DNA of 64,000 bases from Candidatus Multivorans sp. (GCA_965247095.1 OZ251997.1:1440001-1504000); one strand, 5' to 3'. Shown: positions 17,207-27,992, counted from the first letter of the stretch. Translations and numbers: made by a program. Notes: generated by a model not told the origin, from the letters alone.

Positions 17207-18692
17207 CGCATCCCGCCGCCCCGGCGCCGGCGATCCGGCCGAAGACGGCGCCCGCGGTCAGGCCGGAACCGCCGGGATAGTTGTCGTAGAACAGTCCCCC
17301 GACCAGCTCGCCGGCCGCGAACAGGCCCAGAATCGGTCGCCCGGTTCCGTCCAACACTCTGGCGATCGGGTCCACGGCCAGACCGCCGAACGTGAACGTG
17401 ATGCCGCAGGTCACGGCGAAGGCCTCGAAGGGAGGCTGCTCCAACGGATTGGCCCAATTCGACTTGTCCGGGTCGAGACCGCGGGTCGAGCGGCCGTCCC
17501 GGACGCTGGGGTCGAAGGGCACGTCCCGCCGTACCGCGGCGTTGAAGTCCCGCACCGTGCGGAGAAACCCCTCATTGTCGACGCCCTCGAGCCGGCCGGC
17601 GAGTTCCTCGACCGAGTCGGCCGTCACCCGGCTCGCATGCGGCTGGCGGTACTCGTCCCGCAGCAGGTCGGCGACCTGGGCGTCGAAGACCTGCCACGCG
17701 AACCGTCCCGGCTGCTCCAGCACCCTACGGCCGTAGCGGACGTAGGTGTAGTTCCGAAAGTCCGCGCCCTCGTCGAGGAAGCGTTCGCCGCCGGCGTTGA
17801 CGACAATGCCGAGCGGATAGCTGTGCTTCTGGTAGCGGTGCCGGACCTCGAGATTGCCGACCTCGGGCGCATTCAGGTCCCAGGCGACCGCGTGACAGCC
17901 CGTCCACTGCCCGCCGCGCGCCGCACCGGCTTCGAGCGCCATCCGAATGCCGTCGCCCGTGTTGTAGCGGCTACCGCGTACCTTGGCCGCTTCCCAACCC
18001 TCGCCCAGATGTTGCCGCCGCCACTCGCGGTTCGCCTCGAAACCGCCGCTTGCCAGCACCACGGCGTCCGCCGGCAGCGAACGGGCGCCCTCCGGCCCCT
18101 CGACCTCGACGCCGCAAACCGCCCCGCCGTCCACGACTAGCCCGACCGCACGGCACTCGTAGAGGATCCCGATGCCGGCCCGCTCCGCCGCCCGCCCGAG
18201 CGACGCGACCAGGCCGGGACCTCCGCCGCGCGCCTGCAGGGTCAAACCGCCCCAGAACCGGCGCTTGCCGTCGACCTCGAACGCCTGGCCCGCATACAGC
18301 GGCACGAACTCCACGCCCAGGTCACGCATCCAGCGCAGCGTCGGACGGCTTCGAGCGACCAGGGTTTCGACCAGACCCGGGTCGGCCCGACCGCCGCTCA
18401 TCCGCTCCAGATCACGGGCGAACTGAGGCTCCGGGTACGACCCGAAGTCGCTTGACCCGATCTCTTCGGCGCGAAGTCGGCCCGCCACCTCCTGCAGCTC
18501 GTCGAGGCCGCCGTATGCAAAGCGCATGGACGCCATCGTGAAGCGGCTGTTGCCGCCGTGCTCCTGGCGCGGCGCGCGTTCCAGCACCGTCACCGCCGCA
18601 CCGCTCTCCCGCGCCGAGAGCGCCGCGCACAGCGCCGCGTTGCCCGCGCCGACGACGACGACACGCCGCTTGACTGCTGCTCGGTCTTCCAT
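17199..18692 (-). CDS. tcuA: FAD-dependent tricarballylate dehydrogenase-like flavoprotein
   Basis: VVGAGNAA, GGNSRFT, GCHAVAWD, KHSYPLGI, DEGADFRNYTY, GITFTFGGL, NYPGGSGL; start at MEDRAA. Confidence 0.85.
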   Translation of the reverse strand: MEDRAAVKRRVVVVGAGNAALCAALSARESGAAVTVLERAPRQEHGGNSRFTMASMRFAYGGLDELQEVAGRLRAEEIGSSDFGSYPEPQFARDLERMSGGRADPGLVETLVARSRPTLRWMRDLGVEFVPLYAGQAFEVDGKRRFWGGLTLQARGGGPGLVASLGRAAERAGIGILYECRAVGLVVDGGAVCGVEVEGPEGARSLPADAVVLASGGFEANREWRRQHLGEGWEAAKVRGSRYNTGDGIRMALEAGAARGGQWTGCHAVAWDLNAPEVGNLEVRHRYQKHSYPLGIVVNAGGERFLDEGADFRNYTYVRYGRRVLEQPGRFAWQVFDAQVADLLRDEYRQPHASRVTADSVEELAGRLEGVDNEGFLRTVRDFNAAVRRDVPFDPSVRDGRSTRGLDPDKSNWANPLEQPPFEAFAVTCGITFTFGGLAVDPIARVLDGTGRPILGLFAAGELVGGLFYDNYPGGSGLTAGAVFGRIAGAGAAGCDG

Positions 18693-18835
18693 GGTCTCTC
18701 GCGTCCGGCGCCGAAAGGCGCCGAAAGGTAGCGTAGCCGCCCGGAACTTCAGGGAGACCTTCAGCATGGACAACTCGAAGAGCAGCAACAACGTAGTCGG
18801 GTAAGGACTGCACCGCAGAATGCCCCGTCGCCGAT

Positions 18836-18866
18836 CCGGGGAACCCGGGTGGCGCGATCCGCGCTA
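18836..18866. repeat. Partial reverse copy of the REP-like element, overlapping the pyrC stop codon
   Basis: Reverse complement gtagcgcggatcgcgccacccgggttcccc matches the last hairpin and tail of the element. Confidence 0.7.
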
Positions 18867-20153
18867 CGGCAGCTCGATCACCCGGCCGCCGACGATCGTG
18901 CCGGCCGGAGCGCCCTTGAGCTTCCAGCCCGCGAACGGCGTGTTGCGCGACTTGCTGTGGAAGGCGACCGGGTCGACCTCGACTTCGCGGTCCAGGTCGA
19001 TCAGGGTGACATCGCCGGCGGCCCCGGGGGCAAGGCTGCCGCCCGGGATGCCGAGCAGGCGCGCGGGCGCGGTCGACAGCAGCTCGACCAGCCGGGGCAG
19101 ATCGATCACACCCTTCCCCACCAGGCGGTCCAGGCACAGACTGAGCGTCGTCTCAAGCCCCACCACCCCGTTCGGCGCGGCCACGAAGTCGAGCTCCTTC
19201 TCGTCCGGGTGATGGGGCGCGTGGTCGCTGGCGATCGCGTCGATTGAGCCGTCGACGATGCCAGAGACCAGGGCGTCCCGGTCGGCCGCGCTGCGCAGCG
19301 GCGGGTGCATCTTGAAGTCCGGATCGAGGCCCGAGTCGTACACGTCCTCGTCGCACAGCAGCAGGTGATGGGCCGAGACCTCGACCGTGACACGGTAGCC
19401 GCCCGCCTTCGCGCCCCGGATGAGCTCCAGACTGCGGGCGGTCGACATGTGCGCCAGGTGGTAGCGGCCACCGGTGTCGGCGGTCAGCACGAGGTCGCGG
19501 CAGACCATCACGTCGTCGGCGGCGCCGGGAATCCCGGGGACGCCGAGCCGGGTCGAGAACCGGCCTTCGTGCATCACCCCGTCGCCCGAGAGTTCGAGCT
19601 CCTCCGCATGCTGGATCACCGGCAGGTCGAAGTGCCGGGCGTAGCGCAGCGCGTGCCGCATGAGAGCCGCGTTCCATACCGGGCGCCCGTCGTCCGACAG
19701 CGCCACCGCGCCGGCGCGACGTTGGGCGCCGAACTCGGTCAGTTTCCGGCCCTCGAGCCCCTTGCTCACCGCGGCGATCGGATGGACCCGGGCCCAGCCG
19801 GCCCGCTTCGCCTGGGTGAGGATGAACTCGGTGACCGACGGATCGTCGTTCACCGGGGCCGTGTTCGGCATGCAGGCGACCGCGGTGAAGCCGCCCGCGG
19901 CGGCCGCCCGCGTGCCGCTCTCGATCGTCTCCTTGTACTCCTGCCCCGGCTCCCGCAGGTGGACGTGCATGTCGACGAGCCCCGGCGTCACCACCAACCC
20001 GGTGGCGTCGACTTCCCGCGCTCCGTCCGGCGTCGCGAGCGCCGGTCCGCACGCCGTGACCACGCCGTCCTCGATCAGGACGTCGGCCCGGCCGTCGAGT
20101 TCCTGGCTCGGGTCGACGACCCGGCCGCCGCGAATCAGCAGGACTCCGGTCAA
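18864..20153 (-). CDS. pyrC: Dihydroorotase
   Basis: [36 protein letters not shown]. Confidence 0.95.
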   Translation of the reverse strand: MTGVLLIRGGRVVDPSQELDGRADVLIEDGVVTACGPALATPDGAREVDATGLVVTPGLVDMHVHLREPGQEYKETIESGTRAAAAGGFTAVACMPNTAPVNDDPSVTEFILTQAKRAGWARVHPIAAVSKGLEGRKLTEFGAQRRAGAVALSDDGRPVWNAALMRHALRYARHFDLPVIQHAEELELSGDGVMHEGRFSTRLGVPGIPGAADDVMVCRDLVLTADTGGRYHLAHMSTARSLELIRGAKAGGYRVTVEVSAHHLLLCDEDVYDSGLDPDFKMHPPLRSAADRDALVSGIVDGSIDAIASDHAPHHPDEKELDFVAAPNGVVGLETTLSLCLDRLVGKGVIDLPRLVELLSTAPARLLGIPGGSLAPGAAGDVTLIDLDREVEVDPVAFHSKSRNTPFAGWKLKGAPAGTIVGGRVIELP

Positions 20154-21103
20154 ACCGCCGTACCGTCCGCGCTGGCCTTGGCCCCGGCCAGCAGATAGAG
20201 CACCGCCATCCGCACCGCGACGCCGTTCGCCACCTGCTCGAGGATCACGGACCAGGGGCCGTCCGCCACCTCGCTCGCGATCTCGATGCCGCGGTTCATC
20301 GGCCCCGGGTGCATGATGATCACGTCGTCCTTCGCGGCTTGCAGCCGGTCCGCGGTAAGACCGAAGAACTCGAAGTACTCGCGCTCGGAGGGGAAGGAGG
20401 CGCGCGCCTGCCGCTCCAACTGCACGCGCAGCATCATGATCACGTCCGCGCCACAGGCAGCCTCCTCCAGGGAGTAGGCAACCCGCGCGCCGAGCGCTTC
20501 AGGCGCCTCGGGCATCATCGTGCGCGGACCGGCGATCGTGACCTCGGCGCCCAGCTTGTTCAGGCAGAGGACGTTCGAACGCACGACACGGCTGTGCGCC
20601 ACGTCACCGACGATCGCCACCTTGAGGCCCTCCACCCTGCCCTTGTGGCGGCGGATGGTAAAGGCGTCGAGCAGCGCCTGGGTCGGATGCTCGTGGGCGC
20701 CGTCGCCGGCGTTGATGACCCCCGAACCGATGCGCTCCGCGAGACCGTGGGGCACCAGCGGGTGCGCGTGCCGGATGACGACCAGGTCGGGCGCCATGGC
20801 CTCCAGGTTGCGCACGGTATCTAGAAGCGATTCCCCCTTGGACAGCGACGAACCGGAGGTCGAGAAGTTGATGTTGTCGGCGGAGAGCCACTTCTCGGCG
20901 ATCTCGAAACTGGAGCGGGTGCGCGTCGAGGGCTCGAAGAAGAGGTTGATCACCGTCTTGCCGCGCAGCGTCGGCACCTTCTTGATCGGCCGCGCCGCGA
21001 CCTCGACGAACGACTCCGCGGTGTCGAGAACGTGAACGATCTCCGCTGTGGACAACTCGGCGACCCCAAGCAGGTCGCCTCGCTGCCACCTGAGGTCGCT
21101 CAC
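20150..21103 (-). CDS. pyrB: Aspartate carbamoyltransferase catalytic subunit
   Basis: [32 protein letters not shown]. Confidence 0.97.
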   Translation of the reverse strand: MSDLRWQRGDLLGVAELSTAEIVHVLDTAESFVEVAARPIKKVPTLRGKTVINLFFEPSTRTRSSFEIAEKWLSADNINFSTSGSSLSKGESLLDTVRNLEAMAPDLVVIRHAHPLVPHGLAERIGSGVINAGDGAHEHPTQALLDAFTIRRHKGRVEGLKVAIVGDVAHSRVVRSNVLCLNKLGAEVTIAGPRTMMPEAPEALGARVAYSLEEAACGADVIMMLRVQLERQARASFPSEREYFEFFGLTADRLQAAKDDVIIMHPGPMNRGIEIASEVADGPWSVILEQVANGVAVRMAVLYLLAGAKASADGTAV

Positions 21104-21654
21104 GGTTCGCGCTCGAGGAGCTGGACCATCTCCTTGCCGTCGTCGGTCGCGGCGTAGGAGACCTTGATCACTTCGGTGTCCGTCGTCTGGACGTTCTCAC
21201 CGACACAGTCGGCGTGAATCGGCAGCTCGCGGTGACCGCGGTCGATCAGCACGGCGAGCCGGATCGCCAGCGGCCGGCCATAGTCCATCAGCGCGTCCAT
21301 CGCCGCGCGGATCGTCCGGCCACTGTAGAGCACGTCGTCGCAGAGCACGACGATCTTGTCGTCGAGCGACACCGGCAGCACGCTCTCCTTGACCACCGGT
21401 TGCGGCGCGATCGTCGACAGGTCGTCCCGGTAGAGCGTGATGTCCAGCACGCCGACCGGCACCTCGACACCCTCGGTGCGGACGATCTCGGCAGCGACGA
21501 AATCCGCCAGCGGAACGCCCCGGGTGCGCACGCCGACCAGCATCAGCGCCTCCGTGCCCCCGGCGCGCTCGACGAGTTCGGCTGCCATCCGGCGCATCAT
21601 GCGCGCCATCTGGCGGGCGTCGAACAGCGTCCTCTTGACGGTCAGCTTGGCCAC
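21100..21654 (-). CDS. pyrR: Bifunctional pyr regulator / uracil phosphoribosyltransferase
   Basis: [36 protein letters not shown]. Confidence 0.95.
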   Translation of the reverse strand: MAKLTVKRTLFDARQMARMMRRMAAELVERAGGTEALMLVGVRTRGVPLADFVAAEIVRTEGVEVPVGVLDITLYRDDLSTIAPQPVVKESVLPVSLDDKIVVLCDDVLYSGRTIRAAMDALMDYGRPLAIRLAVLIDRGHRELPIHADCVGENVQTTDTEVIKVSYAATDDGKEMVQLLEREP

Positions 21655-21807
21655 TGGCGCGGCAGCGTATCAGCCGGCCGGCTTCACTGCTACATGTTGT
21701 GGACGCAAGCCCGGACAGGCACAACGAGTTGTGACCTATGCGCGAAAGCTGCTAAGTTCCTCCAGGGCAGTCGATCCTCTTCCCTTCCGACCCTGCCGAC
21801 AGCGCCG

Positions 21808-24800
21808 ATGCTCAAACTGGAACGCCTCGAGGTTAACGGCTTCAAGACCTTCGTGGAGCCGGTCACAAGTCACTTCGCGCCCGGAATCACGGCGATCGTC
21901 GGGCCGAACGGCTGCGGCAAGAGCAACCTGGCCGAGGCGATCACCTGGGTGCTGGGCGAGCAGAGCGCCAAGTCGCTGCGCGGCAGCTCCATGGAGGAGA
22001 TCATCTTCAACGGCACCCGCCAGCGCAAGCCCTCAGGACTCGCCGAGGTCAGCCTCTCCTTTCTCACCGACGGCAGCATCGAGCAGGCCGAGGACGGCCG
22101 GATCACGATCGGGCGCCGCATCTTCCGCGGCGGCGAGGGCCAGTACCGGTTGAACGACCGGGTTGTCCGGCTCAAGGACATTCGCGACATCCTGATGGAC
22201 ACGGGTCTGGGTATCCGCGCCTACTCCGTGATCGAGCAGGGGGGGATCGGAATGATCCTGTCCGGCAGACCGCAGGACCGTCGCAAGCTGATCGAAGAGG
22301 CGGCAGGCATCACCCGCTACAAGAACCGCAGGCGGCTCGCCGCACTGAAGCTCGAGGACGCCACCGCCGACCTGCTTCGTCTGGACGACATCGTCGCCGA
22401 GGTGGAACGCCAACTGCGCTCCCTGAAGCGGCAGGCGAACGCCGCCCGCCGCCACGGGGAACGCCGGCAGGCCTACCGCGAGCTGCTCGACGCCGTGCTC
22501 AAGGAGCGCTGGGTCCTGCTCCATGCAGACCTGGACGATCTGGCCTCGACCCTGAAGCAGGACACCGACCGCGAAGCCGATCTGCTGGCCGAACTCGCGC
22601 GCGCCAATGCGCAGCTCGCCGCCTGCCGGCAGGTGATCGACGCCCGCACCGAGGACGCCGTGCGCTCCCACGAGCACCAGGCGAATCTGCTCGCCGTGAT
22701 CGAGGGTCGCCAGGAACTGATCAAGGGCGCCCGCACCACCCTCGCGGAGATCGCCGAACGGCTCGAATCCGGCGGCGTGAGCGCTGAGCGGCGCCGCCGC
22801 GACCTCGCCGCGGCCGAAGAGCGGCTTGCCAGTCTCCTCGGCCGGCGCCAGATGCTCCAATCCAAGCGCGAGCAGGCCCTGGCCGACGTGCAGGAGGACC
22901 GCCGGCGCATCGGCAACGCCGACGCCGCGATTGCGGAAGCCCGCAAGCGCCAGCGCCTGCTCCTTGGCGAGCTCGCCACCTGCCGGGCGCGGCAGGGCGA
23001 ACTGCGCGGAACACTGATCGCCGAGCGCATCCGTAGCGAGAAGGCCGTCGACCGCCGCGATCGCGCCGAAGCGATCCTCGACCGCTGCCGGGATGCGCTC
23101 AAGGCCATCGATGTCGAAGTCGAGGCCGTCCGAACCAAGATCGAATCCCTGGAAGTCGCCCTGACCGCCGAGACCAGGACCGCCCAACGGGTGGCGGCCG
23201 ATCTCGAAGCGAACCGAAGTCGGCGACAGGAGGCCCAAGTCGAACTCGAAACCTGTCGCGAGGAACTGGTCGAGGCGCAGAAGAGGGCTGCCGTGCTCGG
23301 TGAACTGGGCCAGCGCGACGCCGAAGAAAGGGGCGAGATTCGCCAGGCTCTACTCGAACTGGGTCTTCCGGCGCCGCGCTTCCTGGGCGATGAAGTGACG
23401 GTGCCCGAGGGCTGGGAGCACAGCCTCGATTTGTTCCTCGGCCCGCTGCGCAACGCCGTCATGACACCCGACGACGAAGACGCCCTGGCCATCGCACGCT
23501 CCATCGGCGGTTCCGACTTCGAGGCCACTCTGCTGCGCGCCGGCAAGGGCGCGAAGCTGCTGCCGGTGGTCGAAGATCCGGCAATCGTCGGCGACCTCGC
23601 CGCGGCGCTCGGGCGCCCCGAGGAATCTCGCAGCGCCCTTCCTCCCGCCTACCTGGTCGAGAGTCCGGAGGATGCCGAGCGTCTGGCGCCCGACCATCCA
23701 GGCGTGGCCTTCCTGTGCCGGGACCGTCTCTGGATCGAGGCCGGCCGCGTCACGGTACGCGGCGAACAGGCGGCGCTGGGCGCCCTGGGCCGCCAGCGCG
23801 AGATGGACGAGCTGGGACGCTCTATCGCCGAACTGGAACAACAGCGTTCGGCCCTCACCAAGGAGATCGAAGCGGCCGGCGAGCGTGTTCGCCAGGCCGC
23901 CGCCGAGGGCCAGCGTCTGGAGCGGGCAGGCGCGGAACTTCGCCAGCAACTGGCGGTGGCCAAGGCCCGTCTCCAGGACATCGGCGAGCGACGTGCCGCT
24001 CTGCATCACGACCACAGAGCGGCGCAGTCAGAGCACGACGAGCTGGAGAGCGAAATCAAGACGAGAGGGGCAAGGCGGTCCAAGGTCGAGACGGACATCG
24101 CGGACTCCGACACCCGGCTTGCGACCCTGGAACAAGCGGCCGACGACGCAAGCGCCGCGGTCGAGCGCGCCCGCGAGGAGCGCGAAGAGCGCATCACCGC
24201 GGGCGCCGGGCGCCAGGGGCAGCTCGACCTGATCGAAGAACGCGCGGCCTCGGAACGGAGCGAGCGGGAGCGCGTCGAAGGCCAGATCGCCTCGCTGCGG
24301 GAGGCCGACGCAGCCTGGGCCGCCGAAACGGACCGGCTGCGCGGGCGGATCAGCGAGCATGAAGCGGCCACGGCTACCGCCCGGCGCGAGCTGGACGAGG
24401 CGCTCGCCGAGCGCACGAATGCCCAGGACGAAGCCGCCGGCGCCCAGCGCGCCCTCGACAACGAACGGGAACGGGGCCGGACGCTCGAGGCGCAACTCCG
24501 GGAACTCAACGTGCGCCGCGACGAACTGCGCGGCCGGATCGAGGAACTGCGCGTGCGCCAGGCCGGCCAGCAACAGGAGTCGGAGCATCTGGGCCAGGAC
24601 TACCACCAGGAGTTCGGGCGCGAGCTGGTCGGGCAGGAGTTCCGGGCAGCCGGGGCCGACGAGGCGCCCGACCTGGAAGCGATGACCGGGGAACTGGAAC
24701 GCCGGCGCGCTCTGCTGGAGCGGATGGGGCCGGTCAACGTTCTCGCCGCCGACGAGTACGACGAGCACCAGGAGCGTCACGAGTTCCTGACCGGGCAGCG

Positions 24801-25350
24801 CAACGACGTCACCGAGTCCATCGAAAGCCTGAAGCGCACGATCCGCGACATCGACAAGACCTCTTCCGAGCGCTTCGTTACCACCTTCCGCGAGGTCAAC
24901 GAGAGCTTCGGCCACATCTTCACGGAGCTGTTCCGCGGCGGCGAAGCGGAGATGCGCCTGATGGACGAGGACGACCCGCTGGACTGCGGCATCGAGATCA
25001 CCGCCAGGCCACCCGGCAAGCGGGCGCAGAACATCATGCTGCTGTCGGGCGGCGAGAAGGCGCTGGCCGCGATCGCTCTGCTGTTCGCCCTGTTCCAGAC
25101 CAAGCCTTCGCCCTTCTGCATCCTCGACGAAGTCGACGCGCCGCTCGACGACGCGAACATCCTGCGCTTCGTCGACATGCTGAAGCGGATGTCGGCGGAC
25201 ACCCAGTTCCTCGTCATCACCCACAACAAGCTGACGATGCAGGCCGCGAGCACGCTCTACGGCGTCACGATGGAGGAACAGGGCGTGTCGAAGATCGTCG
25301 GCGTCGATGTCGACGAGATGCACCCGGAGCAGCAGTTGGCGACCGCCTGA
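21808..25350 (+). CDS. smc: Chromosome segregation protein SMC
   Basis: GFKTF, GPNGCGKSN Walker A, long coiled coils, LSGGEK, LDEVDAPLD, ITHNK; start at MLKLERL. Confidence 0.95.
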   Translation: MLKLERLEVNGFKTFVEPVTSHFAPGITAIVGPNGCGKSNLAEAITWVLGEQSAKSLRGSSMEEIIFNGTRQRKPSGLAEVSLSFLTDGSIEQAEDGRITIGRRIFRGGEGQYRLNDRVVRLKDIRDILMDTGLGIRAYSVIEQGGIGMILSGRPQDRRKLIEEAAGITRYKNRRRLAALKLEDATADLLRLDDIVAEVERQLRSLKRQANAARRHGERRQAYRELLDAVLKERWVLLHADLDDLASTLKQDTDREADLLAELARANAQLAACRQVIDARTEDAVRSHEHQANLLAVIEGRQELIKGARTTLAEIAERLESGGVSAERRRRDLAAAEERLASLLGRRQMLQSKREQALADVQEDRRRIGNADAAIAEARKRQRLLLGELATCRARQGELRGTLIAERIRSEKAVDRRDRAEAILDRCRDALKAIDVEVEAVRTKIESLEVALTAETRTAQRVAADLEANRSRRQEAQVELETCREELVEAQKRAAVLGELGQRDAEERGEIRQALLELGLPAPRFLGDEVTVPEGWEHSLDLFLGPLRNAVMTPDDEDALAIARSIGGSDFEATLLRAGKGAKLLPVVEDPAIVGDLAAALGRPEESRSALPPAYLVESPEDAERLAPDHPGVAFLCRDRLWIEAGRVTVRGEQAALGALGRQREMDELGRSIAELEQQRSALTKEIEAAGERVRQAAAEGQRLERAGAELRQQLAVAKARLQDIGERRAALHHDHRAAQSEHDELESEIKTRGARRSKVETDIADSDTRLATLEQAADDASAAVERAREEREERITAGAGRQGQLDLIEERAASERSERERVEGQIASLREADAAWAAETDRLRGRISEHEAATATARRELDEALAERTNAQDEAAGAQRALDNERERGRTLEAQLRELNVRRDELRGRIEELRVRQAGQQQESEHLGQDYHQEFGRELVGQEFRAAGADEAPDLEAMTGELERRRALLERMGPVNVLAADEYDEHQERHEFLTGQRNDVTESIESLKRTIRDIDKTSSERFVTTFREVNESFGHIFTELFRGGEAEMRLMDEDDPLDCGIEITARPPGKRAQNIMLLSGGEKALAAIALLFALFQTKPSPFCILDEVDAPLDDANILRFVDMLKRMSADTQFLVITHNKLTMQAASTLYGVTMEEQGVSKIVGVDVDEMHPEQQLATA

Positions 25351-25359
25351 ACGGCAGAC

Positions 25360-25368
25360 TGTTAGGCT
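25360..25368 (+). promoter_or_regulatory. Extended -10 TGtTAGGCT (leaderless)
   Basis: 6 nt before ATG 25375, no SD. Confidence 0.5.
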
Positions 25369-25374
25369 GACGCC

Positions 25375-26679
25375 ATGAAGCGCTCAGCCCTGCCCGCCGC
25401 GGTCCTTTTCGCTTCTTTCGCCGGGCCGGCCGCCGCGGCCGACCGCGACGCGCCGACCTTCTACGCCGACGTGCTGCCGCTGCTCCAGGTGCATTGCCAG
25501 GACTGCCACCGGCCGGCGGGCGCGAACTATGGCGGCATGCGCGCGCCGATGGCGCTGACCAGCTACGCCGACGTGCGCCCCTGGGCCAAATCGATCGCCC
25601 GCACCGTGGCCGCCCGTGAAATGCCGCCGTGGGACGCGCATCCCCAGCACGACGGGACCTTCGCCAACGAGCGCGTGCTCAGCGCGGCCGAGATCGAGAC
25701 CCTGGTGAGCTGGGCCGCGACCGCCGCCGCCGCCGGCAACGCCGCCGACGCCCCGCCCCCGCGCGAGTTCCCCAGCTTTGGGGGATGGGTCGTGGGCGAG
25801 CCCGACCTGGTGGTGACCATGCCCGAGCCCTACTTCGTCGAGGACACAGTCGGCGACCTCTACGCCGCCTTCTCCTACGTCCTCACCGAGGAGGATCTGC
25901 CGGGGGATCGCTGGGTCGTCGCCTTCCAGTGCAAGCCGGACAGCGACATCATCCACCACTTCAACCTCCACCTCCTGGAACCAAACGAGAACGGCGAGCT
26001 GCCGCCGCCGCCGGAGTTCCCGAACCAGGATCAGATCGCCCCGTCGCCGGAGAACGCCGGCAACTACATGGGCGGCGTCTCCTCCGGCAGCGACGCGAAC
26101 CGCTATCCGGAGGGCTACGGCTTCCTGCTCAAGAAGGGTTCCCGGGTGACCTTCGACATCCACTACCACAAGGAAGCCGGCGACGGCACCGGCGTGTGGG
26201 ACCAGTCGTCGATCGGCTTCGTCTTCGCCGACAAGCCGGTGACCCGGTCGCTGGGCTCTGGGCTCCGCCCGATCATGAACTTCACCTTCGCGATTCCGCC
26301 GAACGACGGCAACCACCAGGTCGGCCCCTACTCCACCGTGGCCCAGAAGGACACGGACATCATCGCCCTGATGCCGCACATGCACATGCGCGGCAAAGCG
26401 GCCCGTTTCGAGGCCTTCTACCCCGACGGCGCCACCGAGGTGCTGCTGGACGTGCCCCAGTTCGACTTCTCGTGGCAGACGGTCTACTACTACGACCAGT
26501 TGAAACGGATCCCCGAGGGCACCCGGGTCGAGTACACGGCCTGGTACGACAACTCGGCCGAGAAGGCCCAGCGCTACGGCTTCAACTCGGACCGTACGGT
26601 CCGCTTCGGCCAGCCGTCGACGGACGAGATGATGATGGGCTTCATGATGAGCGCGGCCACGCCGGAGAACGAGCCGTAA
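25375..26679 (+). CDS. Secreted heme c plus copper type II (PHM/DBH-like) monooxygenase-domain protein
   Basis: Signal peptide, CQDCH, MPPW, IIHH, IHYH, PHMHMRG, FDFSWQ, DEMM. Confidence 0.8.
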   Translation: MKRSALPAAVLFASFAGPAAAADRDAPTFYADVLPLLQVHCQDCHRPAGANYGGMRAPMALTSYADVRPWAKSIARTVAAREMPPWDAHPQHDGTFANERVLSAAEIETLVSWAATAAAAGNAADAPPPREFPSFGGWVVGEPDLVVTMPEPYFVEDTVGDLYAAFSYVLTEEDLPGDRWVVAFQCKPDSDIIHHFNLHLLEPNENGELPPPPEFPNQDQIAPSPENAGNYMGGVSSGSDANRYPEGYGFLLKKGSRVTFDIHYHKEAGDGTGVWDQSSIGFVFADKPVTRSLGSGLRPIMNFTFAIPPNDGNHQVGPYSTVAQKDTDIIALMPHMHMRGKAARFEAFYPDGATEVLLDVPQFDFSWQTVYYYDQLKRIPEGTRVEYTAWYDNSAEKAQRYGFNSDRTVRFGQPSTDEMMMGFMMSAATPENEP

Positions 26680-26688
26680 CCGCGGGTC

Positions 26689-26757
26689 TGCCATCCGTGC
26701 GCCCGATGACGGGCGCACGGACTGGTTCACGGGTGGCGCGGATCGCGCCACCCGGGT
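26689..26757. repeat. REP-like element (last two hairpins) between convergent genes
   Basis: tccgtgcgcccg-atga-cgggcgcacgga and gggtggcgcg-gat-cgcgccaccc. Confidence 0.85.
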
Positions 26758-26798
26758 GTCATCCGCTGATAACAGCGCGCCGCGGAGCGGCGACCGCT

Positions 26799-27191
26799 CT
26801 AGCGTCGCCGCCGATGCGAGAGCCGGTGCGCGGTCACCAGGAAGGCGCCGGCGATCGCCAGACCCAGAAGTTCCCGGCTGTGCTCGATGTACATCCGGTC
26901 GGCCGACATCGGTGCCCATAGATCGCTGGTCGGGCGGTTCAGCACCCAGTCGGCAAAGCCCGGCAGCGTGAGCACCGCGCCTGCCAAGGTCACCGCGGCC
27001 AAGCCCAGGAACGCGACCGTGGGCAACGGCCGGTAGGCGGCAACCGTACAGGCGCAGGCAACCGCCGCGTAGTAGCCGACCCAGACCAGGGGGTCCGGGT
27101 CGTTGAGCTGCAGCAGGGCGAAGACCAGCATGAGCAGGCCCATGACCAGCGGCAGGAGCCCGGGGCTCGGGAGACGCCTTGAGGACTGCAT
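26799..27191 (-). CDS. Transmembrane 220 family protein
   Basis: LQLNDPDPLVW and IEHSRELLGL motifs; TAGGCT 7 nt before the ATG. Confidence 0.8.
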   Translation of the reverse strand: MQSSRRLPSPGLLPLVMGLLMLVFALLQLNDPDPLVWVGYYAAVACACTVAAYRPLPTVAFLGLAAVTLAGAVLTLPGFADWVLNRPTSDLWAPMSADRMYIEHSRELLGLAIAGAFLVTAHRLSHRRRR

Positions 27192-27368
27192 CGCCCCGAG
27201 CCTAGCGCCCCGAAACCCCTCCCAAGCTCGGTGTTTCGGCCCATCCCGTCCTCGCCCAGGAGCTTGCGCAGAGAACTCGCTCCGCTGCGTTCTACGGCGC
27301 AACCTTCTGGGCCCGGCAACGGCTTTCTGCAAGGACGGTTCCGTCCACACGGTTCATCTCGTTCAGTC

Positions 27369-27398
27369 TTGACAAAACAAACCGGATGTTCCAACATC
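27369..27398 (+). promoter_or_regulatory. Promoter (-35 TTGACA) with overlapping inverted repeat gatgtt-cc-aacatc, candidate operator
   Basis: TTGACA at 27369-27374 in an AT-richer patch before the regulator; palindrome at 27385-27398. Confidence 0.45.
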
Positions 27399-27406
27399 TC
27401 TGACTC

Positions 27407-27934
27407 ATGACTGTCTCCGAGCCGATTTCCGTTCCGGATCGATCCGCCGAGCCCTCCGCCGCGGCCGACTTCAGCCTCGACGCCGCGGAGGAACGCTTCA
27501 TCGAGGGCATGGGCCTGGCGCTCGAAGAGGACCGTCTACCCCGCATCGCGGGCCGCCTGGTCGGCCTGCTCATCCTGTCGCCGCAGCCACTTCGCTTCGA
27601 CCGCCTGGCCGAGCGCCTGCGCGTGAGCCGCGGCAGCATCAGCACGAACACCCGTCTGCTGGAGAACATGGGCGTCATCGAACGGGTCACTCGCCCGGGC
27701 GACCGCCGCGACTACTTCCAGATCAACGAGCAGCCCGGCCTGCTGCAACGGGTCGCGGACCGCTTCCGCGACCGGCAGGCCATGGCCGAAGAGATGAAGC
27801 AGGCGCTCCTTCCCGGCGGCGGCGGCAGCGTCGTCGTTAACCGCCTGGACGGCTTCGTCCGCTTCTACGCCATCCTCGCCGACAGTCTCCACTCCGTGCT
27901 CGCCGCGATGGAGGACGGCGACGGCAACTCCTGA
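27407..27934 (+). CDS. GbsR/MarR family transcriptional regulator
   Basis: LPRIAGRLVGLL, LRVSRGSISTNTRLL, PGDRRDYF. Confidence 0.9.
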   Translation: MTVSEPISVPDRSAEPSAAADFSLDAAEERFIEGMGLALEEDRLPRIAGRLVGLLILSPQPLRFDRLAERLRVSRGSISTNTRLLENMGVIERVTRPGDRRDYFQINEQPGLLQRVADRFRDRQAMAEEMKQALLPGGGGSVVVNRLDGFVRFYAILADSLHSVLAAMEDGDGNS

Positions 27935-27992
27935 CCTGGAACCGCGCAGACGATCCGAACCGCAGCACAACCAACCAGAGAGAACGACAACC

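Noticed and set aside
18707-18730. Short tandem ggcgccgaaa repeat upstream of tcuA
   Set aside because: Only two units in GC-rich DNA; could be an operator but there is no independent support
21214-21807. Apparent 198-aa N-terminal extension of SMC
   Set aside because: Overlaps pyrR on the opposite strand; SMC homology begins at MLKLERL (21808)
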